A stretch of 64,000 nt of DNA from Mytilus edulis (lineage: Eukaryota). Positions 24,383 to 37,460 of this stretch are shown here, piece by piece (the first letter of the stretch is position 1; each line of letters begins with the position of its first letter). The translations under genes and the position numbers were made by a program. A model generated the notes under the pieces. That model had not been told where the DNA came from, did not search any database, and saw only the letters and a program-made list of their open reading frames with translations. The stretch covers positions 60,388,001-60,452,000 of the forward strand of contig NC_092344.1 of assembly GCF_963676685.1 (NCBI RefSeq), in the 5' to 3' direction.

Positions 24383-26921
24383 CTACTTGAGACTTTTTTC
24401 AGTGAAAATGGTATATCTGGACTCCAAACCGTATCACAAAAAACTCTTGAACACCTAAATACGTTTTTGTTGTTATTTATACTATTGTATGCTGATGATA
24501 CAATAATTTTAGCTGAATCAGCAGCAGCATTGCAAAAGTGTTTAGATGTATTTGAACAATATTGTAATATATGGAAACTATCAGTAAATGTTGAAAAAAC
24601 TAAAGTGATGGTATTCTCTAAAAGAAAGTACGCATTGATTGATAATTTTAAACTATATGGTTCAATTATTGAAAGAGTGGAGTCGTACCCGTATCTTGGT
24701 TTGCTTTTAAACCAAAACGGGAAATTTGTAATAACAAAAAAGAAGTTAGCAGAACAAGGACAGAAAGCACTTTATGCTCTATATAGAAAGATTAGGAATA
24801 TATCTATTCCAGTAGATCTACAGCTTAAGCTATTTGATTCTTTAATTGATCCTATACTTTTATACGGGAGCGAAATTTGGGGATATGAAAAATTAGACAT
24901 ATTGGAAACGGTGCACTTGCAATTCCTAAAGAAGGTGCTCTCTGTCCGAAGATCAACGCCAAACTTCATGGTGTACGGCGAAACAGGTAGATATCCACTA
25001 GACATACATGTAAAATTACGTATACTTAATTTTTGGGTAAAATTACTCTCGAATGATTCTAAACTGTCTAGTATTATGTACAAGTTATTGTATGAAATGA
25101 TTTGTTCAGGAAATATGCAATCAAAATGGTTATTAAATGTGAAATCTATACTTAATGATGTTGGCTTATCGTTTGTATGGGATAGCCAAGAAGTTCTTAG
25201 TAAAAATAGTATAAATTAAACTGTCAATTGTTCTTGAACAATTGAGAGGTCTTTCCTTTTGTAATGTAAAATACATGTTCTTATAGATGTAGAATGTATT
25301 GAAAAGGTCAAGGTCAACCGTACAAAGCTTGAAAACACACTTAAAATCCATTATATGAGGTTAAAAACACTAAATTCGCTATCTGGGACATGACCTTGAC
25401 CTTTGACCTTTTGACCTTTGTCAAGGTCATTAGTCCCCAATGTCATTGCAAAAGACCCCATGGGTCTAGGACCTTTGGTTATATAGTAAAAGCTGATTTT
25501 GTCTTTTCAGAAACCTAAAACAGGGGTTATGCCCCTTATTAAAAGGTCAAATCTCTTTGGTCAAAATGTAACAAAGTTGCGCCGTAATGACCCAAACATT
25601 TTCCACTATTTAAAACTTCTGTAAGTATAATGGTTTCTGAGATTATCCCATAACAAGGTGTTAGGTCAAAGGTCAAGGTCAACATACAAATTTGACCTTG
25701 AGGTATTTTTCAAAGATACATGAATTGATGATGATTGGTGAAGATCCTAGGTGTCTACGACTTACGGTTTCTGAGTTTTGGTGGCCAACCGACACCGGTT
25801 AATTTTCATAGGGGCATAACCCTACCAATGAGTCGTTGAATCTTTTCGATCCAAATGTAATGAAGAACCGGGGTCTGGTCCTGAACAAATTTCACCCTTT
25901 GTTTTTTGTCTACCTATTACGGTTACGGTGTTGGAACGATAACAAGGTTTTTGGGTTTCGGAGGGATTACTCCGAACCGACAAAATATTTCGACTCACAG
26001 GGTGAGTTCCAGAAAGGTATTCATGACACCTATACAAAGTGTGAATATGAAAGCAACACGTCTTACGGTTAACGCGGCTAAATTTGTCAAAGTTTAACGG
26101 AAGAATAATAATAATAAACAAAAGAAATACAGTAAGGTCTTTCCCTTTTGTAAAAGGAAAGACCTTAAATATTATGTTAAACAAATCTGACAAGACCAAT
26201 TTATACAAAAATGGCACAGTATGGCTGAAAGTGCCTCAAGAGGGGAACTTTATTTATCATTTAAAAGGGATTTCTGTCTTGAAGGCTACTTGATGAAACT
26301 AAATAAACAACGCAGAGTACACTTGAGTAAACTGCGATGTTCAAATTTAAAATTCCCTATAGAAGCCGGAAGATGGTTAAATATACCTCGTGAGGACAGA
26401 ATATGCACATTATGTGACATGGGTGTAATAGGAAATGAATTTCATTATCTGCTAGTATGTTGTAACCCTAATATTGAAAGAATTAGAAAAATACATATAC
26501 CAAGATACTATTTTTTTAACCCAACTGAGGACAAGCTATTTGGTTTGCTATACTATTGTAATATAAAAGTGCTCAATAATGTTGCATTATTTTTGCAAAA
26601 AATCATGAAGTATTTTTGATAAAAGAAACTGTTTAGTACTTACCTAATTCAAGTTGTGTGTTATAATCCAATTAATCATATGATATGATATATATATATA
26701 TATATATATGTCATGATATGTGTATTTGTTTGGATCGTTTAAATCACGTGTTAAACAACCGTATGTTACGGTGTGTTTGATGACTTATATTAAATTGACC
26801 TGTATATATGTTTATTTCAGTTTTGTTCTGTTATTATACCACTTCTGTCAAGCTGTATATTATGTATATCTGCCTCTTGTAACAGTGTAAACTGTCAGAG
26901 TGTACAATAAAATCTAATCTA
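24383..26921 (+). mobile_element. LINE B (RTE-X-like, 5'-truncated) inserted antisense into LINE A
   Basis: LYADD, YLG and YGETGRYPL at 24383-25216; continues KYYVKQI*QDQF...PIEAGRW..CTLC at 26167-26619; AATAAA plus (AATCT)2 tail; TSD ATTAAGA at 24376-24382 and 26922-26928. Confidence 0.92.
25220..26166 (-). mobile_element. HINE/DINE-1-like Helentron derivative inserted in LINE B
   Basis: 5' hairpin AAGGTCTTTCC..GGAAAGACCTT next to (AAT)n; subTIR AGGTCTTTCC at about 25247; 3' stem-loop CAATTGTTCTTGAACAATTG; GACCTT-rich core; inserted in an A-run. Confidence 0.85.
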
Positions 26922-26928
26922 ATTAAGA

Positions 26929-27336
26929 GTTTCATTGAACTGGTTTGGTACTTGCGAAACAGGGATATCGTCGACTGAATCCGACGAATTCAAGTCTTTA
27001 AAGAAATCAAAGAGAACATCGATGGAAATTTTTTGACTACGTTTTTCTCTTTTTTCATTTAAAATTTTCCAGAACTCCTTAGAGTTACTGTTTTTTAAAT
27101 TTTGCATCTTTTTTCTAAAAGTCTTTCTATACTCTTGTATGGAACAATCCATCTGCTTTTTATACTTTCTCTCTGCATCTTTCTTTTGAACTTGATTATC
27201 TGTTGTTTTGTTGTTTTTATATCGTCGTTTTGCAATTCGTGAGCACTTTCTTTGCTCCCAGCATTTTTTGTCAAACCATGGTTTGCTTTCCTTTGTGTTC
27301 TTTTTAACCTTCGTGTTACCTCTAATAAGAGGATTT
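26929..27336 (-). mobile_element. LINE A ORF2, 5' part (linker upstream of the RT)
   Basis: ESKPWFDKKC..SKEFWKILN..FFKDLN..NETL joins in frame to NSIITEKEIFNCIKDLKNGKACG at 24381. Confidence 0.9.
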
Positions 27337-27875
27337 TAATTATCTTGACCAGAGGCATATAATACATAAATTGTGGAAACACAAAGATATAATTATCGGA
27401 TTATCCACGAAGAAAGGTGAAATATCTTACATTCCAAGATTTCTTTGACACAAAAGAATGATTAAGTTTTAATGTCAGTTTATTACAAAGCTCCAATAAA
27501 ATCCTATTCATAACGAATTGTTACATAATTTCTTAAGGAGTTTAGATGAATTTAAATATGACCACTTCGACTTATTGACCAAGGAACAATACATTTGACC
27601 AGGGGTTTCTGTTTACTTTATGGTAAAGTTTTAACTTTTATAGATTTACAACCTTATTAGTAAATCATGTCGCGGCAAGTCACACTAGTATTATAATACA
27701 TCTTAAAATCTTTTAAATCATGGTTTAACCTCATACGGAAGATTTTTCTGAAGGAAATCCTTTTACCGAGGAAGATATTATTCGAAAGGAAACGCACCTT
27801 GAAAAATATATTTAAAAGGAAGAAATAATAAATGTGTTAAATCTAAGAATAATATTTTGTTATAGTACTAGGATT

Positions 27876-27915
27876 GCCACTGTTGAGGCTTAAATAGACG
27901 AAATACGCATTTGGC
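27876..27915 (+). ncRNA. Degenerate minimal type I hammerhead ribozyme motif
   Basis: GCCA-CUGUUGA-GGCU UAAAU AGAC-GAAA-UACGCA-UU-UGGC; same family as 50476-50517. Confidence 0.5.
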
Positions 27916-28261
27916 GCGGAAAGTTATAAGTCTGGTATGTTTTGATTCTTTTTTTATAATCAACGTTTACAAAATGCTCAACAAAATGAAATACAAACAA
28001 AATATATTAAAAATATAATAATTTCTGATTTAACAATTGTATTTGTACGTTTATTTCGCATTTGTAATATTTAACATATACACCTGCAGGGATAAACATT
28101 TTAATTATTCCATTCTGTCATTCACACGGCAATTACTGCCTATTTTTAGATGTCCGTTATATAGTGTTATCGTTATTTTATGTTCGCCTTTGGCTTAAGA
28201 TGACCAGTTCATGTAATATAGCCACCAGGGACATGTTATTTACGGTTCATTTTTATTCCAG

Positions 28262-29828
28262 CTTTGGTTGAAGACACAAAGAAAGATGTACCAATCAAAA
28301 GATCAAAGAAAGCAAGAATATTCTAAATGTAAGAGAATCATAACGAACGACACGAAGCGTTTTAATATGGCGGGAAAGTGCGAGAATAAACATAGTAAAG
28401 CAGACGTTATCAGAACTAAAACAGATAAAGTTACAATGAAACGACATCCAGAATGCAAGAAATCAGAAAGTAATAGAGACAAGACAAACAGAGACAAAAG
28501 AGATTTAGATAAATGGAAATTAAGTTCTAAGCATTCTCGGAAAAGGTCATTTACAATTATTTCATTGGCGGATATGTGTACGAAAACAATTCTTATGAAG
28601 GCATGCTCAAAACCGTATACGGAAATTCTGGTCAATATACAAATTGATAAAACTATTTTACTAAAAGACAATTACTGTCAGGATGCCAAGACAGTCAATG
28701 TTAGGGACAGTATTAGTAGCATTGATGATTATTGGTTAAACCGAAAAACTGACACTAACGTCTTATGTCAGAAAACAAAATGGACGGACAAATCAAAAAG
28801 TTCGGTTTCGGATATTTCGACACCGAAAAGCTTGACTGTAGATTACAAACGTAAACATTTGAATGAATGTGAAAAATCAACGAAACTAGATAGTCATTCA
28901 ATTAGTAATGATAAAAAATCTCTCAGGGATACAGAAAGTTTTCACAAGAAATCTCATAAAATGCATAATACCTCGGGCAATAGCAATGTCAGGTCTCAGG
29001 AATCTAAAAGCAATTGTGGACGGACTTTACTGAAATCTCAGGAATCAAATAGCAATTGTGGACGGACTCTATTAAAATCCCAGGAATCTAATAGCAATTG
29101 TGGACGGACTCTATTAAAATCCCAGGAATTGAATAGCATTTGTGGACGAACTTTGTTAAATTCTCAGGAATCTAATAGCAATTGTGGACGGACTATACTG
29201 AAATCTCAAGAGTCCATTAGCAATTTTGGAAGAAATTTACTGAAATCTCAGGAAGTCTTTAATGAGTCTGATCGAAATATTTTTGCCGTGTTAGGCGCAA
29301 AAGCACTCGGGGAGGCAGATAAATGGGCGGAAACTACCAAATTTAAAACAGAACCAGTTGATATCTCTTTTGACAATTCGACTTCATTGCCTACATGTAG
29401 TAAGTCGTCCGAAAATAAGTCGGAAAAATGGACAGAAAAAATAAAAGTTAAGACTGAATCAATTGATAATTCGTATGGCAATTTAAATTCATTTACAAAT
29501 CCGTCCATAGATAAATCAAATTTTGAACTCCGTATCGAAACAACTCGGGAACATTGCTCAGTAGGGTCGTCTAGTCCAATACGCCAAACTGCTGAGAAAA
29601 ATGAAAATGACGTTACTTCTGATTACGAAGGATCGTCGACTGGTCTCCCATCAGAAGACGAAGATATCAAAGAAGAAGCTTTAGAGCCAAAGAAATGCAG
29701 TTCTTTGCAGACTGACATACAGCCAGAATTTGATGAAGACCTTCCGATGTTAATCAGTCCTCAAAGAAAAAAGATGAAGTTAGAAGAAAAGACTACGTGT
29801 GCACAAAGGAAAACCTCAACAGATAGTT
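28262..29828 (+). CDS. Large exon of an orphan gene encoding a disordered K/S/E-rich region
   Basis: 1.6-kb open frame in AT-rich DNA; acceptor TTTTATTCCAG| at 28261; donor |GTAAGT at 29829 (phase 1); start codon or upstream exon not determined. Confidence 0.7.
28994..29254 (+). repeat. Coding tandem repeat, 42 bp x 6 plus a partial unit (SQESNSNCGRTLLK)
   Basis: TCTCAGGAATC..AGCAATTGTGGACGGACT.TA.T.AAA repeated in frame. Confidence 0.95.
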
Positions 29829-30504
29829 GTAAGTATATAGCTATTGTTAATACGTTTATTAAATATTGTCATATAAGAGTGAGTGTGCCGATTTACTAGC
29901 TGCTTTACAGTATGTATGCATTTTTTATACAATTGAATCTTTGCTATTCTATTGGGTATAACCCACACCACGTGGTGTTGACATTATCTTTCATATCGTG
30001 TGAAAATCGGTAACCATTTTTAAAGCACTCGCACTATTGATCACTATTGAGGCATAGTAATTTTTGTATCACTATGTGTAGATTGATAGATTTGTATACA
30101 TCAAACATGTTTATTGTATTTTGTATATCAGTAAATAAATACTTTAGTTTATTTATCATGATTATTATTTTTGAATATAGCATAATTGTTATTTTTGAAT
30201 ATAGCATAATTATTATTTTTGAATATATCATATGTATTTATATTTACTGTATTGAAAGCAGATTTTGTTTCTTTATTGATATGAAAGCAAGTGACGTAAT
30301 TAAACGTTACACGAGTTAATCCGTTAGTCCAATATGTAGATAAGCTAGGTGACCGACGATTTAAGTTTAAATTCTGTATTTAAGTTGACAACAAATTCTC
30401 GGCATACGTAACAACTCATGATAGGTTGCCGATAAAATATCTTTACAAGAAATCGAAAGTTCTATTTATAGGTCAAGCATACATGTTATCCCATGCCGGC
30501 ACGT

Positions 30505-31235
30505 TTTTATACTACTGCGTTCGTATATTTGTATAGCGTTGTTGTCGTCGTCGGACAAATTAAAAGCAGTCTAAGGGAGGTAATCCAAACCTTTCAAAGG
30601 ACAATATTGTGTATGTTTGATTACCTCCCTCACAATGCTTGTAAATTATGTATTAAGAAATAATGATAGTCCTGAGGTGATTAGCTGTCAATTTATTTTT
30701 AAAATTTACTATTTAATAAATATTAATTTTAGCCATGACTGTATTTTATTTTATAATTTTTATGATGTATTTAAATGGATAATTATTGTTGCAAACTTCA
30801 TTAATAGAAATTTGAATTGAGATTATGACTGTATCTTTAGGGACAGAGTTTTTTTTTGGAATAAGGGAAAGGGGGAGGTGAGGGGATAGATAAGACTTTA
30901 TGAGAGGGACTATTATGTCTCATTTCAGAAATTAAAAGGAAAATTTCTTCAAATACTTTTTTTTTTTGGGGGGGGGGGGGGGGTCAATATTCAACGCCAT
31001 AGTGTATTCCTCAATTAGAAACAGCATAGTAAATTGCACAAAAACAAAAATTGACTATTAATTCAAATTATATAACCAATTTTAATTTCTTTGACTACAG
31101 TTATTCTGTGTCTGAAACCTATTAAGTGTTAAATATTTAATTACAATTTAAATTCAAACCTGTATCAAGCGCGCATATTGTGTCCATGTTGGACATCTGC
31201 GATGGTATTCAGCTGCCCTCAGCGAAGCAATTTAT
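30505..31235 (+). mobile_element. Highly decayed HINE-like element inside the intron
   Basis: 5' TATACTACTGCG plus (GTC)n; 31030-31235 resembles the reverse complement of 58716-58900 and ends in a GCTGCCCTCAGCGAAGC hairpin. Confidence 0.45.
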
Positions 31236-31351
31236 TGTGATTTCAAGCCATATAGTTAAAAGGTTTTGATTTTATTCTTTTTTGTATAGCGGCGTTCGCC
31301 ACATACATACACGGGGAACTAACTTCTATTTATTTCATTTTTAATTCACAG

Positions 31352-32040
31352 TCATGAAACGACATTCATATGTATTCACTTCGAGTAGAGGAAGAAATAT
31401 GGAAGGGAGATTGAATTGTCAATTTACGCAAGTCCCAGGAGGAAAATTGAAAACTCTTTGTCATATTGCTCATTATAAACTTCAGTTTGTTCAAGGTGAA
31501 AAGATCGTGTACTTCATCCCCGATATTCAAGACATTTGTTCACTTAATACACACATAAATTCTGATCACTATGAAGAACTATATTTTCAAAGCTGTGATA
31601 ACAATGGTAATGAAATTGACCATGTAGAAAAGTTTAAATCTTCTGTTTTAGAGGTAGAACAGATTATGAAAAGCATCAACTGCAAAGTTGTGTTTGCAAC
31701 AATTACCACGATGAGTTTCTTTTCTTGGAATAAACGTAGATATGACATGGGGAAAACATCAGATTTGAAATCTTATGATAGCTATTTTGAAATGCAGAAC
31801 AAATTAAACTTTAGTTTACATGAAATTAACAAGTTACTAATAAGGGTTAACATTGGAAATAATGTTATTACGCCTTTTCTCCATACCTATGTTCATAGAT
31901 GCTCTAGGGGTAAAATCAGATACTTCTATAACATGCTAGTTGATGGGATGCATCCGGACGATAGGCTGTCTGAAAAATGGATAAACATTATGAATAAAAC
32001 GATTGCAAAAAATGAGCGAGACTGGATTGAACATTTGTGA
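31352..32040 (+). CDS. Terminal exon encoding an SGNH/GDSL-hydrolase-like domain
   Basis: Acceptor TTTTTAATTCACAG| leaves 2 nt before the ATG, matching the phase-1 donor at 29829; motifs VFTSSRGR, VPGG and DGMHP (DxxH). Confidence 0.7.
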
Positions 32041-32139
32041 TTCTATGTTGTATTTGATCGAATGTTTTGACAAGATTGCACTATTTGACTAAATATACAC
32101 TTTTAGAATACATGCATTGCACATGAAGTTGTTTGTTAT

Positions 32140-32766
32140 TTTACCCTTGTCCGTCTGTGCGTACGTACGTCCGGCGTACAATGTACATCCCAAAATTGGT
32201 TTCCGTTCTCTAACTTGAGTTTGCCTCAACTAAATCTTATGAAACTTGAACACAATGCTTATTATCACAAAATACAGATCAAATATGAATTTTGGTAGCG
32301 TCAATCTTAAAGTTCTAGAGTTATGCCCCTTTATAAATGGAAAACAATGCAAATTTTTTAAACGGTTTTCGTTCTCTGACTTTATTAAGTTGTCGCAACC
32401 AAATGTTATGAAACTTATAGCTTTCGGGTCGATCCGGCCCCACGTCGATCCGGATACCAAACTTATACACCATGCTTTTTACCCCAAAAGACAAATCAAG
32501 TTGAATTTTGGAGGTGTCACTTTAATCATTTAAATTATCTAGTTAAGCCCCTTTCTAAGTTGAAAAATTGCAACTTTTTTAGTTTGCATTCTGTAAATTA
32601 ATTTTGTCCCAACAAAACATTATGAGACTATTGTGTACACAATACTTATAACCACAAGACACAGATCAAATAAGATAGCGGCACTTTAATCGTTCTTGAG
32701 TTATTTCCCTTTGTAATGTTGAATGCAAGCGGGGGCATCACCTGTGTACATAGGGACAAATTCTCC
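32140..32766 (+). mobile_element. Decayed HINE-like element with internal repeats
   Basis: TTACCCTTGTCCGTCTGT.CGTACGT head; repeated ATGAAACTT..ACACAATGCTT units; CAAGCGGGGGCATC 3' end. Confidence 0.6.
32420..32458. mobile_element. 39-bp GC-rich micro-insertion with 9-bp TSD (MULE-like)
   Basis: AAACTTATA|GCTTTCGGGTCGATCCGGCCCCACGTCGATCCGGATACC|AAACTTATA. Confidence 0.8.
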
Positions 32767-33890
32767 GTCAATTTTAATATGAAACCAATCGATTTTTTTT
32801 TAATATAAATTGAAAATTTCGTAGTGGGCATGATTTACCTTAAACAAATTTTATTTTAAAAATATCATGGACATGACATATACATACAAATACAGTAATA
32901 CATACATAAACAAGGTTTCCTTTATATTTACCCGTCTCCCTTAACACGGGCATGTTTTGTATCAATGGTTAGGGTTTTCAAATTATAGGAAAAAAACTTT
33001 TCAAGCATGGATCACTCACTTACTGACCACCAATTATATTGCTGAAATTTAAAAAAAGTCATGTGAACCTTGTGTTTTGAAAAAGTTCATCTCAAAACAT
33101 TCCTCTGGGGCCAATGACTTTTTTCAAGATGTAGCATTTGTGCCATATATTGTTTTTCAAAGTATTAATTGCGCTAATTTAGGGAGTTCATTTGTGCCAA
33201 TTTACCTGTCCATATGCTACTGTTATCACGTACATAAAACTCCCTTATAGATTGTGTTATGGATGTCATTAGGGGAAATTAAATAAATCAAGAATTTAAA
33301 ATTTATACTTTATGCTGGAAGAGCATTAGATAAGGATCAAAATAAGCTAAAAATATTGATAGGTCATGGAGCTCATTTTCGAGATATTTGATTTTTAAAG
33401 TATGGTGGGAAAAGGCTGGCTCGGACTTTTACTTTACATTTGCATTGGTACTAGATTTTTTTTTCTCTATTTGGGTCTCAAATCAAAAGAAAGAAAATCA
33501 AATATTTGCTTAAATTTTGGTAAATGACCTTTTATGAGCTATTTTAAAAGTCTTAAATAAAAAGAATCAAAGTACTGAAGTACTGAACATCGGATGACCG
33601 CAAGTTCTTGTGGATGGTCTGATAAGCATTTGTCACATCTCTATACACATGTATATCTAATGTTCATGCATTTGTATATCATTCTATTCTACTATATTTA
33701 TAATAGTGCGGTGCAAGTGTATGGTGGACACGTCACTCTTCTGTAATAATTCGTTTTTTCTAATAAAATGGATATAAAGACATTCGTATTTCCCCGCAAA
33801 AAATGTTTAATCACCCATGCAGAGTTAGCGTTTCTTGAGATTGTAAACGTTCTTGTGATATTCTTCCGCATGCGTGTGCATAGATATTAA

Positions 33891-36193
33891 GGATTATGTA
33901 CCCCTGTGTTGCTTCAATGCTAAACATATGGAAATTTTAAAGAAAATCCACAGCCTTCATCCTTGTTCTATCATATTTGGCAATTTGATGACCGATAGAT
34001 ATAGGATTATTGCATGCAGTACTAGCATTGATTTCCTTAAAACAAGTTTATTAATGTAGTTTTTGGTTAAAACAAATAAAAATATGGACCAAATCAAGTA
34101 CACCTTTTAGGGTGCGCTTGACTTTAGTTACTCTGCACCAGGAATTTACAGGTTCGTTTTTTGTAAAAAAAAATAAACACTAGCACATCATTGAAAAGCA
34201 AGTGAGTAATCTATGTTTCAAATTTTATAACAAAAATCTCTTTATTAAAGGCTGTGGATTTTCTATAAAAATCTTGGTTTATTTGCCCCAAAGTACTATT
34301 TTTCTATTAAATGCAATGCAACACTAAATAATAATTCTTTGCATAAAGTTTCCCACTAGTATATGTTCAAAGTGGCCTGTCTCTATTATTCACTATATCT
34401 GTAGTTTTGATACAATTGATGTTTAAAAAATTCGTACAAAAATGGCTACAGAAGGGTACACAAACCTTAATGATTTTTCAGTTATATGAACATACATATA
34501 ACAAAACATTTTTAGCTCACCTGGCCTAAAAGGCCATGTGAGCTTTTCTCATCACTTGGCGTCCGTCGTCGTTGTCGTCGTCGTCTGTCGTCGTTAACAA
34601 TTTTTCAAACATCTTCTCCTCTGAAACTACTGAATGGATTTGAATGAAACTTAGCATGATTGTTCCTTAGATTATCCTGCACAAAGTGTGTGCTTCGATT
34701 TTTGATCTGTCAAAAAACATGGCCGCCGTTACTTAAAATAGAACATAGGGGTCAAATGCAGTTTTTGGCTTATATCTCAAAAACGAAAGCATTTAGAGCA
34801 AATTTGACAGGTGTAAAAATGTTCATTAGGTCAAGATCTATCAGCCCTGAAATTTTCAGATGAATCAAACAAACCATTGTTGGGTTGCTGCCACTTAATT
34901 GGTAATTTTAAGGAAATTTTGCAGTTTTTGGTCATTATCTTGAATATTATTATAAATAAAGATAAACTGTAAACAGCAAAAATGATCAGCAAAGTAAGAT
35001 CTACAAATAAGTTAATATGACCAAAATTGTCAATTGACCCCTTAAGGGGTTATTGTCCTTTAATGACAATTTTTCACAATTTGTTGATCATATAAATTGC
35101 TAACTTTAAAAAATCTTCTCCTCTAAAACTACTAAACCAAATTCAACCAAACTTCAACTGAATGATCAGTAGGGTGTATAAAATAAAGTTTGAGCTTTAT
35201 TTTTTATTTCGTCAAAAAACATGGCCGTCATGGCTAAAAATAGAACACAGGGTAAAATGCAGTTTTTGGCTTATATCTCAAAAACTCCAGCATTTAGAGC
35301 AAATAAGACAAGAAGTTAAAGTATTTATTAGGTCAAGGTCTACCTGTCCTGAAATTTTCAGCCGAATTGGGTAACTGGTTTTTCAGGTATAATGCCCCTG
35401 AATTGATGATTTTAAAGAAATTTTGCAGTTTTTGGTTATTATCTTGAATATTATTATAGATACAGATAAACTGTTAATAGCAAAAATGTTAAGCAAAGTA
35501 AGATCAACAAATAAGTCAATTTGACCAAAATTGTCAATTGACCCCTTAAGGAGTTATTGCCCTTTAAAGACTTTTTTCACAATTTGTTCATCATGTTGAC
35601 TTACTTTAAAAAATCTTCTCCTTTGAAACTGCTGTATCAATTTCAGCCAAACTTAGGCTAAATGAGTTTCAGAGTATCTAGTATAAATTTTATATTTCAT
35701 TTCCTTGTATGTCAGAAACATAACTCCTATGGCTAAAATAGAACATAGGAGAAAATGATTTTTTTTGTTGCTTTTGAAGAAAATAGGACGATTCAAAGAA
35801 CATTTAAATAAATTGAAAAGCCAAAATAATCATTGATGAGAGATTTAACCAAAAAAATTATGGTGAGCGATTCAGGCTCTTGAGAGCCTCTTGTTTTTAC
35901 TTTTTATGAGTATTCATTGAAGAAATGAATTTATAACACGCGATAAGGAATGTTGTATAAAGTTTGCACTTGCTACTGTCTACGTATTCATCATGTTTAT
36001 AGATCGGTTAAAAACCCAAAACGAATATTACGTAATGGAAATCTAGGCGATAGCAATACACCGGAATGCCCTCACGGTAATCCGCTGTAAAAATGGGAGT
36101 TATGGGCAAAATATTTTACCTTGTATCATAGGGGAAAACACCGAAAAGTCCGAACATCTGACACAAATTCCATAACCTCGCCCAAGTACATCC
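33891..36193. mobile_element. Old Kolobok-like non-autonomous DNA transposon interrupted by a HINE
   Basis: TTAA|GGATTATGTACC...GTACATCC|TAAA; its first ~450 bp has an inverted, diverged copy at about 37015-37460. Confidence 0.45.
34513..35893 (+). mobile_element. Complete HINE/DINE-1 (CvA/pearl-like) Helentron derivative
   Basis: T-run|AGCTCACC..hairpin..GTGAGCT, (GTC)n microsatellite, about 2.3 internal ~500-bp repeats, subTIR GGTGAGC, 3' hairpin AGGCTCTTGAGAGCCT, T-run. Confidence 0.92.
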
Positions 36194-37014
36194 TAAAATA
36201 TGAATTCAGAAATTTCGTATGATAATTATCTCATTTCCCTAGACACGCGTTTTAAAGAACAATTATACTTTAACGACCATATTTAAGTTTTGAGTTACTT
36301 AGTTTCGGAGTCATATATATTATTTATTAAAAATAAGGGTTTTTTAAAATAATTATTTAGAAGGTCCATGTACATGATGTACTACTTTATGTAATTATAT
36401 CAGTGGTCATATTTAGTATTTAATATTGGTCATATTTGGAATTTAATTTATGTCATATTGAGTAATTAATATATAGATTTACTGTAGGACACTTGCTTTC
36501 ATATCTCTTAAATCTGACAAAATCTGCACTCAATGTACAAGTTAGAAACGTTTTACAGCAGATTCCAGCGAGTATGGAGCTGCAGGTAGATTCTTTGGTT
36601 AGCTTCCTTGCTAGCTCAACCATGAAATCATTATTAGGTAAGGTACACAAGCCTTTGGGTGGAGTCAATAGTTAAACAGAGAACCAATCAGAACTAATGA
36701 CATAATATAAACATTGTAAAACTAGTTTTACAAGTCAGTTTAAAAATAAGTTTTTAATCTAAATTTAAGATTTATTGATAAGTATAAGCAAATTCACAAG
36801 CATGTTGTAGGTGTGTTTGATTTGCCAATTTTATTTCAATCAATTACTCAGTTCATTTATAAATACAGTTATGTGAATGTACTTTACAATTGTACAATCA
36901 CGGCGTAAATATCCTTATGTTGCCTTTGAATAACTGCAATAGTATAAAAACAGCAAAGATAATGATTAAGAGATCGGCCATTTTGTACATATACAAAGGA
37001 GAAACTTCGAGCAA

Positions 37015-37460
37015 GCATTAATATTTATAGTTGCATTGCATTTTAAAAGTTAAACGGGATTTTGTGGCAAATAAACCAAGATTTTTGTAAAAAATCCACA
37101 TATATTTTTGTTATAAAATTTTAAGCATATATTAATCACTTGATTTTCTATGATGTGCTAGCGATTATAGTTTACAATAAATCCTAAACAACCTTTTAAA
37201 TTAAATTTAAAAAATCGTGCTAAGTCACGAAAGTCGAGCGCACCCTAGAAGGTTTACTTGAATTGGTCCATATTTATATTGTTTAAACTAATATCTAAAT
37301 TTATAAACTTTTTTTAAGGAAATCATTGCTAGCACTGCTTGCAATAATCCTTCATCTATCAGGTACTAAATTGCCAAATTTGAGAGTACAAGGGGAAATA
37401 CTGGATTTTCTATAGAATTTCTATTTGTTTAGCATTGAATCAACACTAAATATTATCATC
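37015..37460 (-). repeat. Inverted diverged copy of about 33891-34345
   Basis: For example AGTCGAGCGCACCCTA vs TAGGGTGCGCTTGACT, and GGCAAATAAACCAAGATTTT vs AAAATCTTGGTTTATTTGCC. Confidence 0.8.
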
